Shown piece by piece: positions 1 to 9,455 of a DNA stretch of 64,000 nt (position 1 is its first letter; each line of letters starts with the position of its first letter). This DNA comes from Minisyncoccia bacterium (lineage in GTDB: Bacteria; Patescibacteriota; Minisyncoccia; UBA6257; 2-01-FULL-56-20), in contig JBEKBG010000002.1 of the NCBI GenBank assembly GCA_050015515.1, forward strand, positions 18,777 to 82,776, given 5' to 3'. Position numbers and translations under genes: made by a program. The notes under the pieces were generated by a model. That model searched no databases. It had not been told where the DNA came from and saw nothing but the letters and a program-made list of their open reading frames with translations.

Positions 1-43
1 TGTGAGTTTTGCAGACCCTTTTTCCGGGTGCGTATGATATGAT

Positions 44-1054
44 ATGAGTATAGATATGGACAGCCATTTCACCTTTCATAATAATAGACGAGCGACTATC
101 ATCGCCATCGCGTTTTTTGTTGTTTTCTCCGTTATTCCGATCGGGCTGATAGGAGCCTACCGCTGGGTCTCCGATACCTTTACCAAGCAGGTCACCACCC
201 AGCAGCAGACCCTGTCCGATATCGCCGCCCTTGCGATCAATGTCAAACTCGACCGGCTGGTGAACATCGCGTCGTCCCTCGCGTCATCAAGCCAGCTTGA
301 GTCCGACGCCGCGAACGGACAATGGACGGCCGCTGCGGCCGTTGCGCGCGACGCCGAGAATAACGTCGCATTCTACGACCCCTTCATCGACCGCATTATC
401 GTCTATGACACGAACGGTGTTCAGCAGGCCGCTTATCCGGAACTTACCGGCGGACTCGGCACCCAGGCCTCGGTAAGCGGATGGTACGGGGCGTTATCCG
501 GAGGCACGCAGGCCTCCTACGTTTCGGGCGTCACAAAAAGGATCTCGTCGCCGCAGATACAGGTGGTGAACATCGCGGTTCCCATCATCGCGAACAAGCG
601 CGCGGTCGGTTTCCTTGTTCTCCAGATACCAACCGACAACTTCCTTGATTTCGGCGGGAACCTTTCCCTTGGAACGTACGGGTTCGCTTATATCGTGGAC
701 GCATCGGGCAACCTCGTGGCGAATCCCAAATATCTTTCGGACACCAACGGTGCCGTCGTTAATTATTCCTTTGTTCCTCAGGTCAAGAAAGTGCTTGCGG
801 GTGGGAACGGCACCGACATTGTGTTGGACCAGGGCAGCGGAGAGAAAAGCATTATCACCTATCAGCCCGTGCCGGGATACGGCTGGGGGGTGGTCGTGCA
901 GGAATTGTATTCAGAGGCGTTCTCCGGGGTATCGTCGGCCCTCGTCGACATCATGCTCCTGATCGTGCTTGCCTGGATGGCGGATGTCGTTCTTGCCTGC
1001 ATCCTGTATCAGTATATTGTCCTTCACCACCATAACCATGAACACACGCAATAA
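44..1054 (+). CDS. Membrane-anchored dCache-like sensor domain protein with no cytoplasmic output domain
   Basis: Two TM helices flank an extracytoplasmic domain with Cache-like motifs (YGFAYIVDASGNLVANP, YQPVPGYGWGVVV). The ORF ends just after TM2. Confidence 0.7.
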   Translation: MSIDMDSHFTFHNNRRATIIAIAFFVVFSVIPIGLIGAYRWVSDTFTKQVTTQQQTLSDIAALAINVKLDRLVNIASSLASSSQLESDAANGQWTAAAAVARDAENNVAFYDPFIDRIIVYDTNGVQQAAYPELTGGLGTQASVSGWYGALSGGTQASYVSGVTKRISSPQIQVVNIAVPIIANKRAVGFLVLQIPTDNFLDFGGNLSLGTYGFAYIVDASGNLVANPKYLSDTNGAVVNYSFVPQVKKVLAGGNGTDIVLDQGSGEKSIITYQPVPGYGWGVVVQELYSEAFSGVSSALVDIMLLIVLAWMADVVLACILYQYIVLHHHNHEHTQ

Positions 1055-1661
1055 AAAGAAAAAAGGTTTCACGCTGATAGAGCTTCTGGTCGTGATCGCG
1101 ATCGTCGCCATCTTGGCGGTGGTCGTCGTGCTGACACTGAATCCGTCGGAATTACTGAAGCAATCGCGCGATGCCCAGCGCGTATCGGATTTTGGCACGT
1201 TGAAGAGCGCGATAGGACTTTATCTTGTGGATGCTCCCAGTCCCAACCTCGCTTCCACAACGTCCGGCTATTCCGCCTGCTACCTGTCCACGATAACCGC
1301 AAAGGGAACGACCACGACAACTCCCGCTTGCGGAGTGTTCACAAAAACCTATTCCGCCGGTAATTCAAGCACTACGAGCGCGCTCTATCGGAACAATAAC
1401 AGTCAGGGATGGCTACCGGTCAATTTTTCCCAGATAACATACGGGTCGCCGCTGAGCGCGCTTCCTGTCGATCCCATCAATAATGCCAGCTATTACTATG
1501 CGTATGCAGCGACCTCCACCAGCGGATATTATTTCGAGCTCGATGCCTTTATGGAAAGCGTAAAATATTCAGCGGGCGGAACAAATAACGTGGTGACGAC
1601 GGACGGTGGCGATAACTCATCGGCCTATGAGACGGGGAACTTCCCCGGGCTGAACCTCTAG
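1038..1661 (+). CDS. Type IV pilin-like protein
   Basis: Class III signal peptide KKKKG/FTLIELLVVIAIVAIL; LPVDP motif; start at ATG 1038. Confidence 0.85.
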   Translation: MNTRNKKKKGFTLIELLVVIAIVAILAVVVVLTLNPSELLKQSRDAQRVSDFGTLKSAIGLYLVDAPSPNLASTTSGYSACYLSTITAKGTTTTTPACGVFTKTYSAGNSSTTSALYRNNNSQGWLPVNFSQITYGSPLSALPVDPINNASYYYAYAATSTSGYYFELDAFMESVKYSAGGTNNVVTTDGGDNSSAYETGNFPGLNL

Positions 1662-1733
1662 CGCTTCTTGCGCCTGCGGCGGCACATCTTCTCGTGCCGG
1701 GTTTTTTGGGGTATAACTAGAAAGATAAATTTT

Positions 1734-1807
1734 GGGCCTTTAGCTTAGTGGTAGAGCAACCGGTTTGCATCCGGTAGATAGGGGTTCGATTCCCCTAAGG
1801 TCCACCA
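1734..1807 (+). tRNA. tRNA-Ala(TGC)
   Basis: Cloverleaf; anticodon arm ACCGG-TTTGCAT-CCGGT; G3-U70 pair; GGTTCGATTCC T-arm; encoded CCA. Confidence 0.95.
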
Positions 1808-1809
1808 CC

Positions 1810-2400
1810 ATGGAAAAAAGAGTTTTTATCATTCACGGCTGGGACGGGTATCCCGAGGAAGGGATTTTCCCCCATCTCAAGAGCGAACTGCAAAAGCGGG
1901 GATTCGAGGTGTTTACTCCGCTCATGCCGGATCCGTTGCATCCACGGATCGACGAATGGGTATCATTTCTTAAACAACAAGTCGGCGTTCCTGACGCGAA
2001 TACGATTCTTTTAGGCCATTCCATCGGATCGCAGACGATATTAAGATATTTGGAAATGCTTGGTGAAGGCGAGCGTATCGCGGGCGCGGTGTTTCTGGCG
2101 GGATGGGTTCATCTTACCGATGAGGCGTATGAGACCGATGAAGATGCGACCATCGCGAAGCCTTGGCTTGAGACGACGCTGGACTGGCCTGCGATCAAAA
2201 CACATGCCGGAAAATCCATTGCGATATTTTCGGATGACGACCCGCTGGTTCCGATCTCGGATGCGGCGCTATTTGAAAAAAAGCTTGGCGCTGAAATTAT
2301 CATCGAGCATAGCAAAGGGCATTTCAGCGGAAGTAGCGGGATAACGGAACTGTCATCCGCACTCGAAGCGATTTTGGAAATAGCGAGGGAGGGGAGGTGA
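1810..2400 (+). CDS. RBBP9/YdeN-family alpha/beta hydrolase
   Basis: IIHGW, GHSIG nucleophile elbow, SDDDP and GHF motifs. Confidence 0.85.
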   Translation: MEKRVFIIHGWDGYPEEGIFPHLKSELQKRGFEVFTPLMPDPLHPRIDEWVSFLKQQVGVPDANTILLGHSIGSQTILRYLEMLGEGERIAGAVFLAGWVHLTDEAYETDEDATIAKPWLETTLDWPAIKTHAGKSIAIFSDDDPLVPISDAALFEKKLGAEIIIEHSKGHFSGSSGITELSSALEAILEIAREGR

Positions 2401-2418
2401 CTTTTGTATTTATAAAAG

Positions 2419-2469
2419 ATTAAAAAATTATGAAAAACTTTTTGACATTACGCGCGTGAATAATACAAT
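2419..2469 (+). promoter_or_regulatory. Boxed sigma70-type promoter (ATTAAAA repeat + TTGACA-16-TACAAT)
   Basis: attaaaaaatt-atgaaaaactt-tTTGACA...TACAAT, ending 6 nt before ATG 2476 (probably leaderless). Confidence 0.65.
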
Positions 2470-2475
2470 TATTGC

Positions 2476-2691
2476 ATGACCATAGATGATCTTGCCGTCG
2501 CCACCCAGCGGGAATTCCAAGAAGTCCGCGATGAGATGAGCGAATTTAAAAATGAAATCCTTCGCGCTATTGATCGCGTGGATACCCATCTGTCTGCGTT
2601 TGCGTCCCGAGCGAATGAGGATATTATAAATCTCCAAGAATCGGCGCAGGAACATGACGGGCGTCTTCGGGTATTGGAGAGGCGGGGATAA
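2476..2691 (+). CDS. Small coiled-coil hypothetical protein
   Basis: 71-aa heptad-rich ORF directly behind a promoter. Confidence 0.65.
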   Translation: MTIDDLAVATQREFQEVRDEMSEFKNEILRAIDRVDTHLSAFASRANEDIINLQESAQEHDGRLRVLERRG

Positions 2692-2753
2692 CGGCGCACG
2701 CGCTTTTATTTGACATAAACCCTCGCCTCGCTTACAATTCTCTGGTATTCGTT

Positions 2754-3170
2754 ATGCCTACCATCCGTCAACTCATCAAAAAGCCCCGAAAGCCGCTCGC
2801 GTCAAAGATAAAAGCGCCGGCGTTGTCGTACTATTTTAATTCCATCCATAACCGTCCGGTGGATTCCGCGTCGCCCTTCAAGCGGGGTGTGTGCGTGAAG
2901 GTTTTCACCCAGACGCCGAAGAAACCGAACTCCGCTATCCGCAAGGTGGCGCGCGTGCGATTGACGAACGGCATGGAAGTCACGGCGTACATTCCGGGCA
3001 TCGGCCACTCACTGCAGGAACACTCCATCGTCATGCTTCGCGGCGGCCGCGTAAAAGATCTTCCGGGCGTCCGCTATCACATCGTTCGTGGCGTGCTCGA
3101 TACGACCGGCGTTGAAAATCGCAAGCAACAGCGTTCAAAATATGGCGCCAAGCGCCCGAAGAAAAAATAA
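2754..3170 (+). CDS. rpsL: 30S ribosomal protein S12
   Basis: [30 protein letters not shown]. Confidence 0.98.
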   Translation: MPTIRQLIKKPRKPLASKIKAPALSYYFNSIHNRPVDSASPFKRGVCVKVFTQTPKKPNSAIRKVARVRLTNGMEVTAYIPGIGHSLQEHSIVMLRGGRVKDLPGVRYHIVRGVLDTTGVENRKQQRSKYGAKRPKKK

Positions 3171-3194
3171 CGCGACATAGAATTTTTCAAACTC

Positions 3195-3662
3195 ATGCGC
3201 AAAAAGCGAATATATAAAAAGTTCCATCAGCCTGACGTCGTGTACGGCCGCGTTGAGCTTGGCCGCTTCATCAACTATGTGATGAAAGACGGAAAGAAAT
3301 CCACCGCCGAGAAGCTGGTCTATTCCGCATTCGATAAAATAAAGGAGGCGACGAAAGAGGAGCCGATGGTGGTCTTCGAACGCGCTCTCGAGAATACAAT
3401 GCCATTGCTGGAGGTCGCGTCCAAGCGCGTTGGCGGCGCGAACTATCAGGTGCCGCGCGAGGTTCGCCCCGAGCGCCGCTTCGTGCTCGCGCTTCGCTGG
3501 ATCATCGGCGCCGCCCGCGCCAAGAAGGGCAAAGGCATGGCCGACAAGTTGGCGGAAGAGATCATTGCCGCGTCCAAGAACGAAGGCAACGCGATCAAGA
3601 AGAAGCTCGACATGCACCGCATGGCGGAAGCCAACCGCGCGTTTGCGCACTTCGCGAGATAA
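3195..3662 (+). CDS. rpsG: 30S ribosomal protein S7
   Basis: [23 protein letters not shown]. Confidence 0.98.
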   Translation: MRKKRIYKKFHQPDVVYGRVELGRFINYVMKDGKKSTAEKLVYSAFDKIKEATKEEPMVVFERALENTMPLLEVASKRVGGANYQVPREVRPERRFVLALRWIIGAARAKKGKGMADKLAEEIIAASKNEGNAIKKKLDMHRMAEANRAFAHFAR

Positions 3663-3748
3663 TCATTTGTAATCGCAAAAAGAGAAAAATGGCCCGGCGT
3701 CGGGCTGTTTTTTTAAGATAGTTTTAATCGGCATTTTGTTACGGTGGG

Positions 3749-4174
3749 TTGATGTATGATCCGGCGTTTCAATTTGAGCGTGAAAAAATAGAAAATGAAG
3801 CGCGAGAAACTTATAACAAAATCGGGCATGTTTGGTCGCCCGTATTGAATGGCCATATTTCATTTAAGAGTGCCGGTTTTCGCCATTTGATGTGGAAAGG
3901 AGGAAAACGTCGGCCGTATACACAGCAAATAAAACGACTCTCATTGATCGCATATGCAGCTAAAATAGTTTCCGATCCGAAAGCGCGGGTCATTGAGCGA
4001 GAAGAAATGCGTGATTCACTGATCAAGCGTGCCGGGGTGAAAATCATAATTAAGGCCCCGGTTCGTTTTTGGGCCTTTCATGCAAATATAGAAAGAAAAA
4101 ACATACGAGTAATTGTGAGGCAGGTCAGTAATGGGAGTAAGCACTTTTTCAGCATTTTTGAGGAAGAGAAATAA
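3749..4174 (+). CDS. Basic hypothetical protein, possible BECR/RelE-like nuclease fold; paralog of 10553-10963
   Basis: Shares G-x-VW, F-x-x-AG-x-x-HLM-x-K-x-GKRR, FW and KHFFSI motifs with 10553-10963. The fold assignment is inference. Confidence 0.6.
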   Translation: MMYDPAFQFEREKIENEARETYNKIGHVWSPVLNGHISFKSAGFRHLMWKGGKRRPYTQQIKRLSLIAYAAKIVSDPKARVIEREEMRDSLIKRAGVKIIIKAPVRFWAFHANIERKNIRVIVRQVSNGSKHFFSIFEEEK

Positions 4175-4257
4175 AAAAGGACTCGATAGCGAGTTCTTCT
4201 TTATATGCCTGTGGCAACTATACCGCCTCGCCAAGGAGCTTCAGCTCCTGCAGGCAC
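4173..4257 (-). ncRNA. Candidate small structured RNA convergent on 3749-4174
   Basis: Minus-strand TTGACT-16-TATGAT promoter (4291-4264); closing stem GTGCCTG/CAGGCAT; inner hairpin AGGAGC-TGAA-GCTCCT; ends in a hairpin plus U-tract. Confidence 0.55.
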
Positions 4258-4392
4258 ATCATTATCATACACTTAGACGATAATCAGTCAAATAACTTTT
4301 AATGATTTTTTAATGTTTTGAAAAAATAATAAAAATGCCGCCCGTGGTGCCGGGCGGCATTGGGTGCTGTTGTAATGAAGCCGCGACGAATG

Positions 4393-4707
4393 CTAATTCG
4401 ACGCCGCTGCCACTATCTGGCGGACAAGTGAACCTTCGGCGCTCGTCAGTAGATGGACGAGCGGATTTTCGGGATCCTTGAGGTCGTTCTCTGTCCACTC
4501 GGTCGTGTCGACGACCACCTTCCGCATGGCGTCGTCCGCGAATTCCGGGTCGTCGAATATCGCCGGGGTCGAGATGAGGATCCTGTATCGACCGACTTCG
4601 CCGCGGGTAATGAATCCGCAATATTTGCCTGCGTTGTCGGGGCCCGCATGGGTCGCAATGATGTCATCGGGGTTTCCCGCTATCTCGTACGCTGTGAGTC
4701 TTGTCAT
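4393..4707 (-). CDS. Hypothetical protein
   Basis: 104-aa ORF with SD-like GGGAGGA upstream and a hairpin at about 4334-4360 downstream. Confidence 0.6.
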   Translation of the reverse strand: MTRLTAYEIAGNPDDIIATHAGPDNAGKYCGFITRGEVGRYRILISTPAIFDDPEFADDAMRKVVVDTTEWTENDLKDPENPLVHLLTSAEGSLVRQIVAAASN

Positions 4708-4817
4708 GACATATTCCTCCCTGCTGCCCCCCACGATATCACATTTGCAGCCAATAAAAAACTGTGATAATCTAATCAACGTCGCCCAGGCGACTTTTAT
4801 ATTAATTTAATCTATCT

Positions 4818-6935
4818 ATGCCCCGACAATATTCCATCGAGAAGACCCGCAACATCGGCATCATCGCGCACATCGATGCGGGTAAGACGACCGTCAGTGA
4901 ACGCGTGCTTTTTTATACCGGCGTTTCGCACAAGATCGGCGAGGTGCACACGGGCGACACGGTGATGGATTGGATGGAGCAGGAACGCGAGCGCGGCATC
5001 ACGATCACGAGCGCCGCGACGACCGCGTTCTGGACGCCCACGTATCACGCCGCGGGTCCCGACCATAAAAACTTCGAGCACCGCATCAACCTGATCGACA
5101 CTCCGGGCCACATTGACTTTACCGTGGAGGTAAAGCGCTCGCTGCGCGTTTTGGACGGCGCGGTCGTCGTATTCGACGGCGTCGCCGGCGTGGAGCCGCA
5201 GTCGGAGACCAACTGGCGCTACGCGGACGATTACAAAGTGCCGCGCATCTGCTTTATCAACAAGCTCGACCGCGCCGGCGCGGACTTTGAAAAGAGCTTC
5301 AAGTCCATCCTTGACCGCCTCACCCAGAACGCGATCCCGATCCAGCTGCCGATCGGCACCGAGGCGAACTTTAGCGCGGTCGTGAACCTGCTCGAGAACA
5401 AGGCGTATACCTTCGAAGGGGAGCACGGCGAGAATATCGTAGAGATCCCGATCCCGGCAGATATGATGGAGACGGTGGCAAAGCATCGCCATGATCTCAT
5501 CGAAAAGATCGCGGAGAACGACGACATCGTGATGGCGAATTACTTGGACGGAAAAGAGATCTCACTCGAGGACCTTCGCAAGACGTTACGCAAAGGCGTC
5601 ATCGCAAACACGATCGTGCCGGTCATGTGTGGTTCGGCGCTCAAGAACAAAGGCGTGCAGTTTATGTTGGATGCCGTCATCGAATACCTGCCGTCGCCGG
5701 CGGACATGCCGCCGATCATGGCGCATGACGAAAAGACGGGCGAAATTGTGCCGGTCAAGCTTACCGACGAAGAGCACTTTGCGGGTTTGGCCTTCAAGAT
5801 CGCAACGGATCCGTTCGTAGGAAACCTGGCGTTCTTCCGCGTCTATGCCGGCGTCCTTAAGAAAGGCTCGTATGTGTATAACTCCACGAAGGGTCAGCAG
5901 GAGCGCGTCAGCCGTATCGTCCGCATGCACGCGAACGACCGCGAAGAAGTGGACGAGGTCTACTCCGGCGAGATCGCCGCAATCGTGGGCTTAAAGGGCA
6001 CCACCACCGGCGACACATTGTGCGATCCGGATCACGCCGTCATTTTGGAAAAGATCACGTTCCCGGAGCCGGTCATCGGGTTGCGCATCGAACCGAAGAC
6101 AAAAGCGGACCAGGAGAAGATGGGCATTGCATTGCATCGCTTGGCGGAAGAAGATCCGACGTTCCGTGTGGAAGGCGATAACGAGACGGGGGAGACGATC
6201 ATCTCCGGCATGGGCGAATTGCACTTGGACATCATCGTGGACCGCATGAAGCGCGAGTTCAACGTCGGCGCAAACGTGGGTCGGCCGCAGGTGGCATACC
6301 GCGAAACGATCACGGCGGAAGCCGAGGGCGAAGGCAAGTACATCAAGCAATCCGGTGGACGCGGTCAGTACGGTCACGTTAAGTTGCGCGTAAAGCCGGG
6401 AGAAAAAGGCTCGGGATTCGTGTTCGTTGACGCAATCAAAGGCGGTTCCATTCCGAAAGAATTCATCAACCCAACAGAGAAAGGCGTCAAAGAAGCGATC
6501 GATAAAGGTATTGTCGCCGGCTATCACATGGTAGACGTGGAGGTAGAGCTCTACGATGGTTCGTTCCACGAGGTGGACTCTTCCGAAGCGTCATTCAAGA
6601 TCGCGGGTTCCATGGCATTCCAGGACGCAGCCAAGAAAGCCAAGCCGGTCATTCTCGAACCGATCATGAAGATCCAGGTCATCGTGCCGGACAACTTCAT
6701 GGGCGAGGTCACGGGCAACGTCAGCGGCAAGCGCGGCGCCATCGAATCGATCGACGATCGTCCGGGTCAGCTCAAGGTGGTGAATGCCAAAGTGCCGTTG
6801 TCCGAATTGTTTGGTTACGCTACCGAGCTTCGCTCGATGTCACAGGGGCGTGGTTCATTTACGATGGAATTTGATCACTACGAGGCGGCACCGCGCAATG
6901 TGACGGAGCAGATTATTGAGGGGAAGAAGCGCTAA
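4818..6935 (+). CDS. fusA: Elongation factor G
   Basis: [18 protein letters not shown]; 705 aa. Confidence 0.98.
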   Translation: MPRQYSIEKTRNIGIIAHIDAGKTTVSERVLFYTGVSHKIGEVHTGDTVMDWMEQERERGITITSAATTAFWTPTYHAAGPDHKNFEHRINLIDTPGHIDFTVEVKRSLRVLDGAVVVFDGVAGVEPQSETNWRYADDYKVPRICFINKLDRAGADFEKSFKSILDRLTQNAIPIQLPIGTEANFSAVVNLLENKAYTFEGEHGENIVEIPIPADMMETVAKHRHDLIEKIAENDDIVMANYLDGKEISLEDLRKTLRKGVIANTIVPVMCGSALKNKGVQFMLDAVIEYLPSPADMPPIMAHDEKTGEIVPVKLTDEEHFAGLAFKIATDPFVGNLAFFRVYAGVLKKGSYVYNSTKGQQERVSRIVRMHANDREEVDEVYSGEIAAIVGLKGTTTGDTLCDPDHAVILEKITFPEPVIGLRIEPKTKADQEKMGIALHRLAEEDPTFRVEGDNETGETIISGMGELHLDIIVDRMKREFNVGANVGRPQVAYRETITAEAEGEGKYIKQSGGRGQYGHVKLRVKPGEKGSGFVFVDAIKGGSIPKEFINPTEKGVKEAIDKGIVAGYHMVDVEVELYDGSFHEVDSSEASFKIAGSMAFQDAAKKAKPVILEPIMKIQVIVPDNFMGEVTGNVSGKRGAIESIDDRPGQLKVVNAKVPLSELFGYATELRSMSQGRGSFTMEFDHYEAAPRNVTEQIIEGKKR

Positions 6936-7060
6936 AACAATATAGGGCACATGCTTTTGAAAGGACGGCGTTCCAGCCTGCTGGCTGGCCGCCTTGGCTC
7001 TCGCCGCCTTCGCGGCTCCGAGACACCTTTCAAAAGCATGTGCCCTATGTTGTTTTAGCG
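6930..7060. repeat. Mirror-arm hairpin element, core family A
   Basis: 35-bp inverted arms (6930-6964/7026-7060, 1 mismatch) that include the fusA CGC TAA; 61-nt core nearly identical to 30326-30386. Confidence 0.9.
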
Positions 7061-7151
7061 ACCCGTTTCAGAGTGATCTGCGGCACGGTGTTCTTGGGCC
7101 GGAGATGAAGGTAGTCTAGCGAATTAATAAGTGCTAACATGTTAAATATAG

Positions 7152-7883
7152 ATGAAAAAAACACCCTCAAAAATCAAGGTTATTGATCTATTTTGTGGTA
7201 TAGGAGGCTGGATCGGGGGGACGCGACCGGACAACGCTCGCTTCGTTCCGCCACCGGTGGATGACATGAAGCGTTCTCTTTCGGATCTCGAGAGTTTTAT
7301 GTATGCGGAAGATGCGACGCTGACCGTCATTAAGGCGGGTCTTTTGCATGCGCAATTTGAGACCATCCATCCGTTCCTTGATGGTAATGGAAGAACGGGA
7401 CGGATGCTCATCACATTCTATTTGTGGAAAGAAGGGTTTTTGGAAAAGCCTGTTTTGTTTTTATCCTCATATTTTAAAGAACATCAAAAGGTCTATTACG
7501 AAAAGCTTTTGTGCTATCACGAGGGAAAGGTTTCTGAGTGGATTGAATTCTTTTTGGATGGGGTTATTGAGATCGCCAATGAAGCAATCGATATTGTTGG
7601 GAAAATAACGAAGCTTAGAGAAGGGGATACGGAAAAGGTTCAAGGCCTTGGCAAGCGCGCATCGGAAAGTGCAATGAAGGTATTGCCCAAGCTTTATGGC
7701 CAACCGATCGTCAACGTGAGTCTTGTTCAGCGGTGGACCGGTTTTACCCGTGCCGGAGCACAAACCGTCATTGATCGGTTTATCGAGCTTGGCATTCTCT
7801 CCAAGAAGGATAAGGACAAGAAATATGGGCAGTCTTATATTTATAAGAAATACGTGGGCTTATTTTCTGATAGCGCCGCGTAG
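7152..7883 (+). pseudogene. Chimera: C5-cytosine methyltransferase N-terminus fused to an N-truncated Fic protein
   Basis: KVIDLFCGIGG (Dcm motif I) is joined directly to WIGGTRPDNARFVPPP...HPFLDGNGRTGR (Fic core). Confidence 0.7.
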
Positions 7884-7940
7884 TTTGCGTTGGAGCGCAG
7901 CGAGGACTCCTGTGCGGGCGAGGGCGCTTCGCGACCGTGC

Positions 7941-7975
7941 CGAAATCCAACCCTTCACGGGGAAGATGCTTCTTT
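7941..7975 (+). repeat. 35-bp direct repeat of the SAM riboswitch 3' part (copy 2 at 9328-9362)
   Basis: cgaaatccaacccttcacggggaagatgcttcttt is identical at both sites; each is followed by tcaactgccg and a terminator-like hairpin. Confidence 0.9.
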
Positions 7976-8125
7976 ATCTCAACTGCCGCGATTGCGGCAT
8001 TTTTAGTTCCTTTCTTTGGGGGTATCGTTGTCACTATCCCTGCGGCGATCGTGGGGATCATTTTAAGATTAAAACCTCATTAAAAGAGTTTTGACTTTGG
8101 TACTGGGTGGGCGGACAATGATGAT

Positions 8126-8980
8126 ATGGAAAAGAAAAAAAGAGAACAGAATACTCATCCGACGATCTTTGAAGAGAAAGAGGTTCGAAGAACCTGGCAT
8201 GATGAAAAGTGGTATTTCGTTATAGCAGACGTGGTGCAGATTCTTACCGATTCGAAAGATGTTCAGGGGTATATTAAGGATATGAGACGGCGAGATCCGG
8301 AGCTATCCCAAGGGTGGGGGCAAATTGCCACCCCCCTTGGGATTGAGACCGCTGGAGGAAAGCAAAAAATGAATTGTGCTAACTTGGAAGGCATCTTTCG
8401 TATTATTCAATCCATTCCTTCCCCAAAGGCGGAGCCATTTAAGCGCTGGCTCGCCAAGGTCGGCAAGGAAAGGATCGAGGAAATCGCAGACCCCGAATTG
8501 GCGGTAACGCGGACTAAAGAGATTTACGACAAAAAAGGATATCCAAAAGATTGGGTTGATAAGCGCATGCGAGGCATTGCCGTCCGAAATACGCTTACCG
8601 ACGAGTGGAAATCGCGGGGAGCGTCGATGAGCTTTGAGTTTGCGATTTTAACCGACGAGATTTACAAGGCGGCATTTGATAAGACCGCGAAAGAATATAT
8701 GAAGCACAAAGGGTTGGATAAAAAAGCGGGTGATAATTTGCGCGACCATATGGGAGACATTGAATTGATTTTGACGATGCTTGGAGAAGCGACGACGACC
8801 AAGCTCAGCACGGAAAAAGATTCGCATGGATTGGAAGCGTTAAAGAATGATGCGCAAATTGGGGGAGGCGTCGCCGGCAGGACTCGAAAAGATATCGAAC
8901 GGCAAACGGGCAAAAAGGTAATTTCAAATGAGAATTTTAAAAGCCGGAAGCTTTTGAAAGGCAAGGAAATTCGCAAGTAA
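8126..8980 (+). CDS. Bro-N domain protein (phage antirepressor-like)
   Basis: VRRTWHDEKWYFVIADVV, RIIQSIPSPKAEPFKRWLA, NLRDHM. Confidence 0.85.
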   Translation: MEKKKREQNTHPTIFEEKEVRRTWHDEKWYFVIADVVQILTDSKDVQGYIKDMRRRDPELSQGWGQIATPLGIETAGGKQKMNCANLEGIFRIIQSIPSPKAEPFKRWLAKVGKERIEEIADPELAVTRTKEIYDKKGYPKDWVDKRMRGIAVRNTLTDEWKSRGASMSFEFAILTDEIYKAAFDKTAKEYMKHKGLDKKAGDNLRDHMGDIELILTMLGEATTTKLSTEKDSHGLEALKNDAQIGGGVAGRTRKDIERQTGKKVISNENFKSRKLLKGKEIRK

Positions 8981-8981
8981 T

Positions 8982-9251
8982 ATGTCCCAGAAAACCAGGA
9001 TCAAAAAGAATTTAGCGCTGTCGGCAGATTTCAACGCGTATATTTTGAGAAATCCGAAAGTGATGGATAAATTACCCAGGAAGGTCTGTATCGTTTTTGA
9101 AGACAAAAAGGACCAAATTTTTTCGCGGGCAAACTTGAACACGGCAAAAGATATTGCGAATAGCGAGAAATGTTTCGTTGCGAGTAAGTCTGGGTCTCGC
9201 TGGTCTTTGCGTCCGCTCGCCGTATGCTATAATCATCTTACAACCGAATAG
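8982..9251 (+). CDS. Small hypothetical protein (DUF5647-like)
   Basis: KNLALSADFNAYILRNP motif; 1 nt after the Bro-N stop. Confidence 0.55.
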   Translation: MSQKTRIKKNLALSADFNAYILRNPKVMDKLPRKVCIVFEDKKDQIFSRANLNTAKDIANSEKCFVASKSGSRWSLRPLAVCYNHLTTE

Positions 9252-9253
9252 CC

Positions 9254-9356
9254 CATCAAGAGAGTGGAGATGCTAAGGGATCTGGCCCGATGCTCCGCCC
9301 GCAACCGATCGACGATTCGACACGGTGCGAAATCCAACCCTTCACGGGGAAGATGC
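9254..9356 (+). promoter_or_regulatory. SAM-I-type riboswitch
   Basis: CATCAAGAGAG...AGGGATCTGGCCCGATG...GCAACC...GGTGCGAAATCC...GAAGATG upstream of metK; terminator-like hairpin at about 9369-9395. Confidence 0.85.
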
Positions 9357-9455
9357 TTCTTTTAGATCAACTGCCGTGTAGGCGGTTGTTTTTTTGCTCT
9401 TTTACAACTTGGGTCGAAAAGCTGGGTTACCAATTAATTAATCAATCAAACTATT

